64,000 nt of DNA. It comes from an uncultured Gemmatimonadales bacterium. Its GTDB lineage: Bacteria > Gemmatimonadota > Gemmatimonadetes > Gemmatimonadales > GWC2-71-9. A program made the translations under genes and the position numbers. The stretch spans positions 448,001 through 512,000 of the forward strand of contig CAVYSW010000003.1 of NCBI GenBank assembly GCA_963771275.1. Reading direction: 5' to 3'. The notes under the pieces were generated by a model. It worked only from the letters and a program-made list of their open reading frames with translations. It made no database searches and had not been told where the DNA came from. This document shows positions 9,769-20,376 of the stretch, piece after piece; within the stretch, counting starts at the first letter, position 1, and each line of letters opens with the position of its first letter.

Positions 9769-10803
9769 ATGCGCGCCATTCGCAAGTCCCGCCCGGGCGC
9801 CGGTCTCGAAGTCTGTGACGTTCCCAAACCCTCGTACGGGCCCGCCGACGTGCTGATCCAGGTTCACCATGCCGGCGTGTGCGGCACCGACCTGCACATC
9901 GCCCAATGGGACGAGTGGGCCCAGGGCCGGATCAAGCCGCCCGTCGTGCTGGGGCACGAGTTCGCGGGCGAAGTCGTCGCCGTCGGCAAGGACGTGGACG
10001 AGTTCGCGCCCGGCGAGCTGGTCACCGCGGAAGGGCACATCGTGTGCGGGCACTGCCGGCAGTGCCGCACCGGCAACGGCCACATCTGCCAGCGCACGTC
10101 GATCATCGGAGTGGACCGGGACGGCGCGTTCACCGAGCAGATCGCCATGCCCGCGACCAACGTCATGGCGTTGGGCGGGATCCCCACCACCATCGGCGCC
10201 ATCATGGACCCGATCGGCAACGCGTTCCACACCGTGCTCACCGGCACCGAGGTGCCGGGGTCGTCGGTCCTGGTGCTGGGGTGCGGCCCGATCGGCTGCT
10301 TTGCCGTCGGCATCGCCCGCGCCGCCGGCGCGGTTTCGGTGATCGCAACGGACGTGAACCCCACCCGGCTGGAGCTGGCGCGCCGGATGGGCGCGCAGGT
10401 GCTGATCAACGCGCAGACGGACGACGTGGTGAGCCGCGTGCGCGACGCGACGGGCGGCGAGGGCGCAGACATCGTGTGCGAGATGTCCGGCCACCCCGGG
10501 GCGCTCGCGCAGGCGTTCAAGTCCGTCCGCCTCGGAGGGCGCGTCAATCTGCTGGGCCTGCCCAAGGGCGAAGTGACCCTCAACCTCTCGACCGACATGA
10601 TCTTCAAGGGCGTAACGGCCTACGGCGTCATCGGCAGGCGGATGTACGAGACGTGGCACCAGATGCGCACGTTTCTCGGGTCGGGCCACCTGGATCCCAT
10701 GCCGGTGGTCACTCACCGCTTCCCGCTGGAGCGGATCGACGACGCGCTCGAGGCGATCGCGTCGGGCGCCGCGGGGAAGGTGATCCTCGAGATCGCCGGG
10801 TGA
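9769..10803 (+). CDS. tdh: L-threonine 3-dehydrogenase
   Basis: CGTDLHI, GHEFAG, AEGHIVCGHCRQC..GHIC, DPIGNAFHT, GRRMYETW. Confidence 0.93.
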   Translation: MRAIRKSRPGAGLEVCDVPKPSYGPADVLIQVHHAGVCGTDLHIAQWDEWAQGRIKPPVVLGHEFAGEVVAVGKDVDEFAPGELVTAEGHIVCGHCRQCRTGNGHICQRTSIIGVDRDGAFTEQIAMPATNVMALGGIPTTIGAIMDPIGNAFHTVLTGTEVPGSSVLVLGCGPIGCFAVGIARAAGAVSVIATDVNPTRLELARRMGAQVLINAQTDDVVSRVRDATGGEGADIVCEMSGHPGALAQAFKSVRLGGRVNLLGLPKGEVTLNLSTDMIFKGVTAYGVIGRRMYETWHQMRTFLGSGHLDPMPVVTHRFPLERIDDALEAIASGAAGKVILEIAG

Positions 10804-11174
10804 TCATCGGGATCGGCACGGACGTGGCGGACATCGGCCGCTTCACCGCGGAGACGGGCCGCCACGGCGCCGACCTCCTCGCCGCGTTCCTCACGCCGAC
10901 GGAGCTGGCGGCATGCCGCGTCCACCCGCGCGGCCCCGCGGCCTCGGCGGCGCGGTTCGCCGCCAAGGAAGCCTGCGCCAAGGCGCTCGGCACCGGGGTG
11001 CTCGGCCGGCTGTCCTGGCAGGACATGGAGCTCCGCGAGACCGGCGCGGGCGCGACGCTCCACCTGACCGGCCGCGCACAGCAGCTTGCCGCAGCGCGCG
11101 GCGTCCGCGCCATTCACGTGAGCCTCACCCGGACCGCGCACCTCGCGGCCGCCGTCGTGGTCCTGGAAGGCTGA
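10800..11174 (+). CDS. acpS: Holo-ACP synthase (AcpS-type phosphopantetheinyl transferase)
   Basis: IIGIGTD, ARFAAKEACAKALGTG, IHVSLT; GTGA overlap with tdh. Confidence 0.9.
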   Translation: MIIGIGTDVADIGRFTAETGRHGADLLAAFLTPTELAACRVHPRGPAASAARFAAKEACAKALGTGVLGRLSWQDMELRETGAGATLHLTGRAQQLAAARGVRAIHVSLTRTAHLAAAVVVLEG

Positions 11175-11215
11175 CGCCCACTTTGCTGGAGGCCTCGAGC
11201 CAGAGGGCATCGATC

Positions 11216-11458
11216 ATGGAAGACGCGATTCTGGAGTACATCCGCGGCGAGTACCTCGAAGACGATGACGACGTGGAGCTGACCGCGAGCACGCCGCTGA
11301 TCTCGAGCGGCATCGTGGACAGCTTCAGCATGGTGAGCCTCAAGCGGTTCCTCGAGAAGAAATATCAGATCTCCATTCCCGACGACGACGCTTCCGCCGA
11401 GGCGTTCGACACCGTCGCGAGCATCGCGCGAGTCGTGCGAAAGCAACAGGGAGCGTGA
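11216..11458 (+). CDS. Stand-alone acyl/aminoacyl carrier protein (80 aa)
   Basis: Acidic protein with TPLISSGIVDSFSMV (Ppant Ser in DSF) and AFDTVASIA. Confidence 0.9.
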   Translation: MEDAILEYIRGEYLEDDDDVELTASTPLISSGIVDSFSMVSLKRFLEKKYQISIPDDDASAEAFDTVASIARVVRKQQGA

Positions 11459-11459
11459 T

Positions 11460-12707
<1,248 letters not shown>

Positions 12708-12727
12708 GGCGCGACCGGCTGGACGAC

Positions 12728-15013
12728 ATGGACGAGCATCGCGACCGCTGGTGGACGTCTCCCACCGCTGAGCTCGGGAAGGTCGTGCAGCTCGACCTTC
12801 CCGAGCCGTTTCCCACCGTCTACGGCGGAGCCCTGCCGGCCATCCAGGTGAGCTACGAGGCCTGGGGCGAGCTCAACTCCGCCCGCGACAATGCCGTGCT
12901 GGTGATCCACCCAATGACCGCGGATTGCCACGTGACCGGCGAGTACACCGGGCAACCGCCGGGATGGTGGGAGCCGCTCGTCGGCCCGGGGCGCGCGCTG
13001 GATACGGACCGGTTCTTCGTCGTCTGCCCCAACTTGCTGGGCGGGTGCTACGGCACCACCGGGCCGCGGTTTCCGGCGCCCGACGGAGAGCCCTATCTCG
13101 AGCGGTTCCCGTTGCTCACGCCGCGCGACATGATGCGGGTGCAGCGGCGGTTTCTCGCCGCACTGGGCATCGAGCGCGTCGCGCTGGTCATCGGCCCGAG
13201 CATGGGCGGCATGATCGCGTGGGAGTGGGCAATCGAGGCCCCGGAGGCCGCCGCCCGCATCGCGGTGGTCGCGGCGCCGCTGCGGACGTCGCCGCACCAG
13301 ATCGGCCTCAACTGGCTGCAGCGGCGCGGCATCGAGCTGGACATCACGGGCGACGAGGTCGTGGCCACCCTGGGCCAGATGGTGGCGCGCGGCGTCGGGA
13401 TGCTGAGCTACCGCTCGCCCGTGGGTCTCGAGGAGAAGTTCGGCCGCGAGTGGTTCACGCCGCCCGGCTCCATCCTCAAGGAGCGCGGGATGTTCAACGT
13501 CGAGTCGTGGCTGCGCCACCAGGGACGGCGCATCACGCAGCGCTTCGACCCCTATACGTACCTGCTGTTCAGCCGCGCGATGGACCTGCACGACGTGAGC
13601 CACGGGCGCGGCTACCTGGTGTCGGCGCTCTCCGGGGTGCGCGCCCGGGTCCTAGTGCTGGGCATCAGCTCCGACAACCTGTATCCACCGGCCGAGGTGA
13701 AGCATGGCGCGGACCTGCTCGATCACCTCGGCGCCGACGTGCGGTACGAGGAGATCCACTCCCCCAACGGCCACGACGCGTTCCTGCTCGATACCGACCA
13801 GCTCGACGAGATCCTGCGCGGCTTTCTGGCCGACCGGCGGGCCCGCGCGTCCCAGCCGAGCCTGCGGGAGGTCCGCCGCGTCCGCGTGGGCGTGCTCGGG
13901 GCCGGCCGGGTCGCGGCCTCGTTCATCCGGCTCGTCAGCGATCGCCAGGCGCACCTGGCACAGCACCACGGGCTGCAGATCGAGATCGGCGCCGTGGCGG
14001 AGATCGATCGAGAGAAGCCGCTCGATCCGGTGTTCGCGCAGCTCCCGCTCACGTACGAGCCCGAGACCCTGCCCGACCGCCAGGACCTGGACGTCCTGAT
14101 CGACCTCACCCGGGGCCTGCGCTCGTTGCCGCTCGTCGAGCGGACCCTGCGTCACCGCCGGTCGGTCGTGACGCCCAACAAGATCCTGGTGCGCACGCAC
14201 GGCGACGCGCTCGATCGTCTCGCGTTCGAGTACGGCGCGCGCCTAGCGTACCACGATTCCATCGCGGCGGGCTGGCCGCTGATTCTCACGCTCGAGCGCT
14301 CGCTGTCCCAGGCGCTGGTGGTCGGGCTCGAAGCGGTCCTCTCGAGCGCGTGCAACGTGATCCTCGAGCTGCTGGAACAGGGCATGCCGCTCGATCGCGC
14401 CGTCGCGGAGGCGGTAGGGCGTGACCTCACCGAGCCCGATCCCGAGCTCGATACGTCGGGCTGGGACAGCGCGCAGAAGCTCATGCTGCTCCTGAGCCGC
14501 GCCACGGGCCATCGCTACCTCGGCCACGAGGTCGCGCTCCACGGGCTCGAGACGGTGGATGCCGCGCTGGTGCGGCACGCGCCCGCGCACGACCTGCGCA
14601 TCAAGCTCGTGGCGATGGCGGCGGAGCAGCATGGCCAGCTGGCGGCGACGGTACGGCCGATGGCGGTCCGCCGGGAGAGCCACTTGGGACTGGTGCGCGG
14701 ACCGAACAACGTCGTCGTGACGTACGCGCCGGACGGCACGGAAATGGTCTACTCCGGCACGGGCGCCGGCCCCCTCCCGGTCGCGACCGCGGTGCTCAAC
14801 GACCTGATCGGGTTGTTCGATCCGCAGCATTCCTGGACCGGGAGGTTCCCGGCGGTCAGCGTGCGGATGCAGGCCCTGCAGTTCGCCGCATGGGTCCACA
14901 TCGAGAACGGCCGGCTCCGGACCGGCACGAGCGAGCGACCGGGCGCGGTGCCGCTCGTTCCGACGGTTCGCCGAGACGGCGCGCCAGCCCGAAGCACACT
15001 GTCACGGGCATGA
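12728..15013 (+). CDS. Fusion: homoserine O-acetyltransferase (MetX family) + homoserine dehydrogenase-like domain
   Basis: N-terminal GWWEPLVGPG, GPSMGG, SDNLYPP, GHDAFL triad; C-terminal GVLGAGRV, VVTPNK, EPDPELDTSGWDSAQK, GAGPLPVATAVLNDL. Confidence 0.88.
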   Translation: MDEHRDRWWTSPTAELGKVVQLDLPEPFPTVYGGALPAIQVSYEAWGELNSARDNAVLVIHPMTADCHVTGEYTGQPPGWWEPLVGPGRALDTDRFFVVCPNLLGGCYGTTGPRFPAPDGEPYLERFPLLTPRDMMRVQRRFLAALGIERVALVIGPSMGGMIAWEWAIEAPEAAARIAVVAAPLRTSPHQIGLNWLQRRGIELDITGDEVVATLGQMVARGVGMLSYRSPVGLEEKFGREWFTPPGSILKERGMFNVESWLRHQGRRITQRFDPYTYLLFSRAMDLHDVSHGRGYLVSALSGVRARVLVLGISSDNLYPPAEVKHGADLLDHLGADVRYEEIHSPNGHDAFLLDTDQLDEILRGFLADRRARASQPSLREVRRVRVGVLGAGRVAASFIRLVSDRQAHLAQHHGLQIEIGAVAEIDREKPLDPVFAQLPLTYEPETLPDRQDLDVLIDLTRGLRSLPLVERTLRHRRSVVTPNKILVRTHGDALDRLAFEYGARLAYHDSIAAGWPLILTLERSLSQALVVGLEAVLSSACNVILELLEQGMPLDRAVAEAVGRDLTEPDPELDTSGWDSAQKLMLLLSRATGHRYLGHEVALHGLETVDAALVRHAPAHDLRIKLVAMAAEQHGQLAATVRPMAVRRESHLGLVRGPNNVVVTYAPDGTEMVYSGTGAGPLPVATAVLNDLIGLFDPQHSWTGRFPAVSVRMQALQFAAWVHIENGRLRTGTSERPGAVPLVPTVRRDGAPARSTLSRA

Positions 15014-15054
15014 ATCGTGCGGCGGTCACGAATCCCCAGCATGGGAAGGTCGCG

Positions 15055-16800
15055 ATGAGCAACATCGGTTCCTACGACGCGCGTCGCCGAGGCTTCACCT
15101 GGGAGACGGCCAAGGCGGTGCTTGGCTGGCAGGAGGGCGAGATCCTCAACATCGGCGCCATGTGCGCCGACCGCCTCTGCGCGCGGGGCATGGGAGGCAC
15201 GACCGCGCTGATCTGGGAAGGGTTCGGCGACAAGAAGGCCACCTACACCTTCGACGATCTGCGCGTCTACTCCAACGCCTTCGCCCAGTTGCTCGCCGAT
15301 CGGGGGATCCGACCGGGCGAGCGCGTCTGCATCTTCATGGACCGCATTCCCAGCCTCTACATCTCCTTTCTCGGCATCCTCAAGCTCGGCGCCATTGCGC
15401 AGCCGCTGTTTTCGGCGTTCGGCGAGGACTCGCTCGAAGTGCGCCTGGCCAACGCGGAAACCACCGCCGTGCTCACGACGGCCAAGCACGTGAAGAAGGT
15501 CCGCAAGATCCGTGACAGGCTCCCCGCGCTACGCCACGTCATCGTGGTGGATGGGGATCCGGGCAAGACGCACGCCGACGAGGTGTTCTTCGACGTGCAG
15601 GCGGCACCGCGCGTCGAGCACTTCCCCGTCTTCCCCGCGACCCCCGAGACGCCCTCGGTGCTGCACTACACGTCGGGCACCACCGGCCAGCCCAAGGGCG
15701 CGTTGCACGTGCACAGCTCCGTCTGGGGCCAGGCGCTCACCACCCACTGGGTCCTCGACCTGCAGCCGAACGACGTCTACTGGTGCACGGCCGATCCCGG
15801 TTGGGTAACCGGGACCAGCTACGGGATCATCGGACCCTGGACCCTGGGCGTCACCCAATGCGTGTTCGACGCCGGATTCCTCGCCGCACGCTGGTACCAG
15901 TTCATTCAGGACCACCGCGTCACGGTCTGGTACTCGGCGCCGACGGCGATTCGCTCGCTGATGCGCGAGGGAGACGACGTACCGAAGCGCTACGACCTCT
16001 CGTCGTTGCGACACCTCGCGTCGGTCGGCGAGCCGCTCAACCCCGAAGCGGTCCTGTGGAGCGAGCAGGTGCTCGGGCTCCCGTTCCACGACAACTTCTG
16101 GCAGACGGAGACCGGGGCGATGATGATCGCCAACTACCCCGGGATGCCGATCAAGCCGGGCTCGATGGGCAAGCCGTTCCCCGGCATCGAGGCCGCCGTG
16201 CTCGACCTCAAGACGCACGAGCCGATCGCGCAGCCCGGCAAGATCGGCCTGATCGCGTTCCGGCCCGGCTGGCCCTCTATGTTCCGGACGTACTGGAAGA
16301 AGGAGGACGTCTACCGCAGCAAGTTCGTCGGCGCTCCCGAGGGCGCCACACCCGATGCCCTGCGGACCGCGCGCGACATCTGGTACGTCTCGGGTGATCG
16401 GGCAAGCATCGATCCGGATGGGTACTTCTGGTTCGTGGGGCGCGACGACGACGTGATCAACACCGGTGGACACCTGGTGGGGCCGTTCGAGGTGGAATCC
16501 GCCTTGATCGAGCACGAGGCCGTGGCCGAGGCCGCGGTGGTCGGCAAGCCGGACGAGATCAACATGGAGGTCGTCAAGGCGTTCGTGGCACTCAAGTCGG
16601 GCTACACGGCGTCGGCGGAGCTGGAGCTCGACATCATGAACTTCGTCCGCAAGAAACTCTCGCCCCTGGCGATGCCGCAGGAGATCGAGTTCCGCGACAA
16701 GCTCCCCAAGACGCGCTCGGGGAAGATCCTGCGGCGGTACCTGCGCGCCCTGGAGTGGGGTGACGAGCCGGGCGACTTGTCGACCCTGGAAGACGACTAG
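15055..16800 (+). CDS. acsA: Acetate--CoA ligase (AcsA-type adenylate-forming enzyme)
   Basis: YTSGTTGQPKG, WCTADPGWVTGTSYG, DNFWQTETG, PKTRSGKILRR; RBS GGAAGG before ATG 15055 (alternative 15010). Confidence 0.9.
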   Translation: MSNIGSYDARRRGFTWETAKAVLGWQEGEILNIGAMCADRLCARGMGGTTALIWEGFGDKKATYTFDDLRVYSNAFAQLLADRGIRPGERVCIFMDRIPSLYISFLGILKLGAIAQPLFSAFGEDSLEVRLANAETTAVLTTAKHVKKVRKIRDRLPALRHVIVVDGDPGKTHADEVFFDVQAAPRVEHFPVFPATPETPSVLHYTSGTTGQPKGALHVHSSVWGQALTTHWVLDLQPNDVYWCTADPGWVTGTSYGIIGPWTLGVTQCVFDAGFLAARWYQFIQDHRVTVWYSAPTAIRSLMREGDDVPKRYDLSSLRHLASVGEPLNPEAVLWSEQVLGLPFHDNFWQTETGAMMIANYPGMPIKPGSMGKPFPGIEAAVLDLKTHEPIAQPGKIGLIAFRPGWPSMFRTYWKKEDVYRSKFVGAPEGATPDALRTARDIWYVSGDRASIDPDGYFWFVGRDDDVINTGGHLVGPFEVESALIEHEAVAEAAVVGKPDEINMEVVKAFVALKSGYTASAELELDIMNFVRKKLSPLAMPQEIEFRDKLPKTRSGKILRRYLRALEWGDEPGDLSTLEDD

Positions 16801-16860
16801 GTGCCGGTCCAGCGCAGCAGACGTAAAGCAAAGCATAACATGGAGATAGCAAGCGTTGAC

Positions 16861-16890
16861 GGCCCCACCCGGGCGACCCCGGGTGGGGCC
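16861..16890 (+). terminator. Perfect 13-bp GC-rich hairpin downstream of acsA (terminator or stabiliser candidate; no U-tract)
   Basis: GGCCCCACCCGGG-cgac-CCCGGGTGGGGCC. Confidence 0.5.
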
Positions 16891-17244
16891 TCCGCATGAC
16901 GGGGCCGGCACGATGCCCCGCGGCAGGTCGGGAGGGAGGCGTGCGGCCTGTCACGGAATTCCTGGCCGCCGCACGTAGCTTTGTGGCGGTCGCGCGCTTC
17001 AAGTAGTTTCGCGACCTCGGCTCTTAACCTCCCTGTTCCCAATGTGGTAGAACGGGGTGTCCTTGGCCGCCGGGCTCGCGTTTTTCAGCGTCGGGCCCTA
17101 TTTTCGGGGGACTTGGCAGGCCGGGTCGCGGTTGGGGACCCGCTCACATCACGTTCTGGGGTTCAGGCGGTCCGCGGACCGCGCGGTGAGCCGGCGCCGC
17201 AGCCACGGTCGCTCGCGCCCACACTGGCTCGGAGGGAAGGACTG

Positions 17245-17928
17245 ATGCGCAGACTACCGGGAGTCGTGGTACTGGGCGCGCTGCTTGCGGCGGCGCCGCT
17301 GCACGCGCAGGGGACCGGCTGGCAGAACATGTGGTTCTGGGGCATTCACGGGGGCCTGAGCGCGTACAAGACGCCGACCACGGGAACCTCGACCCAGTTC
17401 GCCGTCGACGTTGGTGCGCACTGGCTGATCACCGGCAGGCGCATGGGCCTATATCTCGCCTACGACCAGCAGTTCTATCCCAATGGCCCATCGACCGCCC
17501 CGGGGAACCCCACGTCACAGATCACCGATCCCACCTCGGGGACCGGCGTGCGGGACGTGCAGTTCGATCGGGGCCGCTACATCCAGGGCGACCTGCTCGC
17601 CATCCCGCTGAACGGCCCGCTGCAGATCTATGTGGGCGCCGGGTTCACGATTCAGAACATCAGCGACGCCGTCCCCATGGGCAGCTTCGCGACGCCGGAC
17701 GACCAGGCCGCCTCACAGGCCCTCGTGAACGATGCCGCGAGCCGTGCGTTCCTGAACTTCATGGGCGGCTTCCAGCTGCTGCTACAGGGCAAGTTCGCCG
17801 TGTTCGGGCACTACGAGTTCATTCCGTCGGCGAAGAACTTCCTGCTCTCGTCCGAGCAGCATGTGCTCTCGGGCGGTGTGCGCATCGCCCTTTCGGGGCG
17901 GCGCGAGGACGTCGGCATCGAGCGGTAG
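17245..17928 (+). CDS. Secreted protein, probable small outer-membrane beta-barrel
   Basis: Strong RBS GGAGGGAAGG; signal peptide ending APLHAQ; amphipathic aromatic strands (WFWGIHGG, IYVGAGF, VLSGGVRIAL). Confidence 0.65.
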   Translation: MRRLPGVVVLGALLAAAPLHAQGTGWQNMWFWGIHGGLSAYKTPTTGTSTQFAVDVGAHWLITGRRMGLYLAYDQQFYPNGPSTAPGNPTSQITDPTSGTGVRDVQFDRGRYIQGDLLAIPLNGPLQIYVGAGFTIQNISDAVPMGSFATPDDQAASQALVNDAASRAFLNFMGGFQLLLQGKFAVFGHYEFIPSAKNFLLSSEQHVLSGGVRIALSGRREDVGIER

Positions 17929-17952
17929 CCGCGCTTCATCTGCGGTTCCCTG

Positions 17953-17988
17953 TCGCGCCCGGGATCAGCACGCTGGTCCCGGGCGCGA
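17953..17988. terminator. 16-bp-stem hairpin between convergent genes (bidirectional terminator candidate)
   Basis: TCGCGCCCGGGATCAG-cacg-CTGGTCCCGGGCGCGA, one G-U pair. Confidence 0.6.
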
Positions 17989-18560
17989 TGTCCAGGGGGA
18001 CCCCGCCTCGAGCAACCGCAATGGCCAGCTCGCGGCGCGCGTGACGCCGATGCGGGTGGTCACCAGGACCGGGCTGCGGCGCGCCCGAGCGGGCCGGAGA
18101 ATCCGCAGGCGCGGCCCGTCGAGCGGCAGCCCGTTCATGGAGCCGGTGATCCCCAGCGCCTGACACAAGCGGGACGGTCCGGAGCAGAGCCGGCGATCGT
18201 CCCGCGTGCCGCGCCGGCGGCGCATCGCCTCGAGTCCGGCCAGCGGCTCCAGCGCACGAATCAGCACGGCCGCGGGGTAGCCCTCCCGCTCGGTCACCGC
18301 GTTGCAGCACCAGTGCATGCCGTAGATGAAGTAGACGTACGCGGTGCCCGGCGGCCCGAACAGCCGGTCGTTCCGCGCCGTGCGGCGCCCGCAGTAGCCG
18401 TGGGCCGCCGGGTCGTGCGGTCCGACGTACCCTTCCACCTCGACAATCCGTCCTGAGGCGGACACACCCCGCACGTGGGTCTCGAGAATGCACCCCAAAA
18501 GGGCGCGCGCGACACGGACCGTGTCGCGCGCGTAGAACGAAGGCCTGAGCGGGACCGCTA
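17965..18560 (-). CDS. mpg: DNA-3-methyladenine glycosylase (AAG/MPG family); start uncertain
   Basis: FYARDTVRVARALLG, GRIVEVEGY, YVYFIYGMHWC, AVLIRALEP, SGPSRLCQALGI, TTRIGV; first canonical start is TTG 18498 but conserved sequence extends upstream. Confidence 0.88.
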
Positions 18561-18562
18561 CG

Positions 18563-20371
18563 TCAGCTCTCGTCGGCCCCGTCCTTCGGCTGCCCGAGCA
18601 TCGCCCGCTGCAGAGCGGCGCTCATGCGCTTGAACAGGCTGCCCGCCTCGGCCCCCGGCTGCTCGGGCTCCTCGACGGGAGGCGGTGGTGGGGGAGGAGC
18701 CGGTCGGGCCACCACCTCCTGGCTTCTCTCCGGCGCGCGCGACGGCTCCGGGCTGGTGCGGCTCTCTTCCGAACCCAACCCAGGGGCCGATCGGTCGGCC
18801 GGCTCAGCCGGACCGCCTGCGCCGCGCCGACCTCGCCGGCCGCGCACCCCGCGATTGTAGGTGACGGGACCCACGGCAGCCGGCTCCTCCTGGGGAGGCG
18901 GGGACGCCGTCGGCTCGAACCGGCGTTCGGTCGTCACCGCAGGGGCACCCCCACGGGACCCGTGACGGAACCGGGGATTGCGGGGCGATTCCTTGGCGGG
19001 TCGCCCTTCACTTGCCACCGGGGGAGCGGAGTCCCGCGACGGAGCTGGTTCCCGCGTCTCATGCTCCGCACCACCTTCCTCACGTCCTCGCCGCCGGCCC
19101 CGACCGCCGCGCGCACCACGGCCGCCCCGCTCACCGCGCTCACCGCGACGGCGACCCTGCTCTCCCTCGGGCTTCCCGGGCTCCTGCTCGGCCTGGCCCT
19201 CGTCGGCCGCCGTCTCCGGGACGGGTGCCGGCCGAAGTCGGAGCAGGTAGGCGCCACCATCCGCCTTGGCGAGATCCACCACACCCGCGTCATGGGCCTG
19301 GCGCAGGAACCGCTGGAAGCGGCGGCTTTCGAGTACGGGGTCTTCGGCCCGCCCGTGCAGCTCCGCCATGCGCTCGCGCGCCTGTTCGGCGTCGGTGGCT
19401 TCCTCGCCCGTGGCGCCAAGGTCCTCGAGCGCCTGGCGCAGCAGGCCCAGCGCTTCCGCCAGCGTCATCCCCTCGGGCGCCGTTCGGCCACGCGGCGTCC
19501 CACCGCGCGGACGCTCACCACGCTCACCACGCCGGGCGCGCGGCTCGACGGTCGCCGGGCGCGGCACTGGCGCGGCCGAGCCGGGCTCGAGCTCCATCGG
19601 GACGTTGGCGTTCGGCCCCAGGGCGATCTCGTACTGGCCGTTCTCCATCTTGTTGAGCCGGAGCAGGCCGCGCCGCGCCGATTCCTGGAGGAACTTGCTG
19701 TACTTGCTGAAGCCCGCGTCCTTCTCGTCGAAGTTGGGATCGAGGTCCTGCATCACCTGCTTCAGCCGGTCGGAACGCATCACGTCGTTGGCCTGCTGCA
19801 TCCGGGTGGCGGATTCGACCACCAGCTCCCACGGGTCGCGTCGCCGATGCTCGACTTCGCCCTCCTTGATCAGGCCGGTCAGCTCGTTGTAGCTGTAGTA
19901 CTCGTCGCAGTTCTGGATCAGCAGGTCGCTGGACGATTCGCGCATCCCGACGCCGATCACATACTTGCCATACTCCTTGAGCTTGAGGACCAGGCTCGAG
20001 AAGTCCGAGTCGCCGGACAGCAGGATGTAGGTGCCGATCTCGGGCCGGGTGAAGACCAGCTCGAGCGCGTCGATCGCGAGCCGGATGTCGGTCGCGTTCT
20101 TCTTGTTGGAGCCGAAGGCCGGGGCGAAGATCAGGTCGATCGACGCCTCCGCCAAGGGCACGATGTACTGCGGATAGCGCCGCCAGTCGGCGTAGGCCCG
20201 CTGCACCGAGATCTTGCCCTTGAAGACCTCGGAGCTCAGCAGCCGCTTCAGCTGGACCTGGAGATCCGAGCGGATCCCCATCGTCACGTTGTCGAAGTCG
20301 ATTAGGAGCGCGGCGTTGGGAGCATGCCGCAGGGGTTCGGGATACGCGGCGGCTGTTCCCCGCCGGGTCAT
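18563..20371 (-). CDS. NYN-domain (LabA/DUF88-like) ribonuclease with OST-HTH/LOTUS-like domains and a long low-complexity tail
   Basis: LLIDFDN, RAYADW, KNATDIRLAID, LLSGDSDF, CDEY; LDPNFDEKDAGFSKYSKFL. Confidence 0.85.
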   Translation of the reverse strand: MTRRGTAAAYPEPLRHAPNAALLIDFDNVTMGIRSDLQVQLKRLLSSEVFKGKISVQRAYADWRRYPQYIVPLAEASIDLIFAPAFGSNKKNATDIRLAIDALELVFTRPEIGTYILLSGDSDFSSLVLKLKEYGKYVIGVGMRESSSDLLIQNCDEYYSYNELTGLIKEGEVEHRRRDPWELVVESATRMQQANDVMRSDRLKQVMQDLDPNFDEKDAGFSKYSKFLQESARRGLLRLNKMENGQYEIALGPNANVPMELEPGSAAPVPRPATVEPRARRGERGERPRGGTPRGRTAPEGMTLAEALGLLRQALEDLGATGEEATDAEQARERMAELHGRAEDPVLESRRFQRFLRQAHDAGVVDLAKADGGAYLLRLRPAPVPETAADEGQAEQEPGKPEGEQGRRRGERGERGGRGARGGRGRRRGREEGGAEHETREPAPSRDSAPPVASEGRPAKESPRNPRFRHGSRGGAPAVTTERRFEPTASPPPQEEPAAVGPVTYNRGVRGRRGRRGAGGPAEPADRSAPGLGSEESRTSPEPSRAPERSQEVVARPAPPPPPPPVEEPEQPGAEAGSLFKRMSAALQRAMLGQPKDGADES

Positions 20372-20376
20372 TTCAA

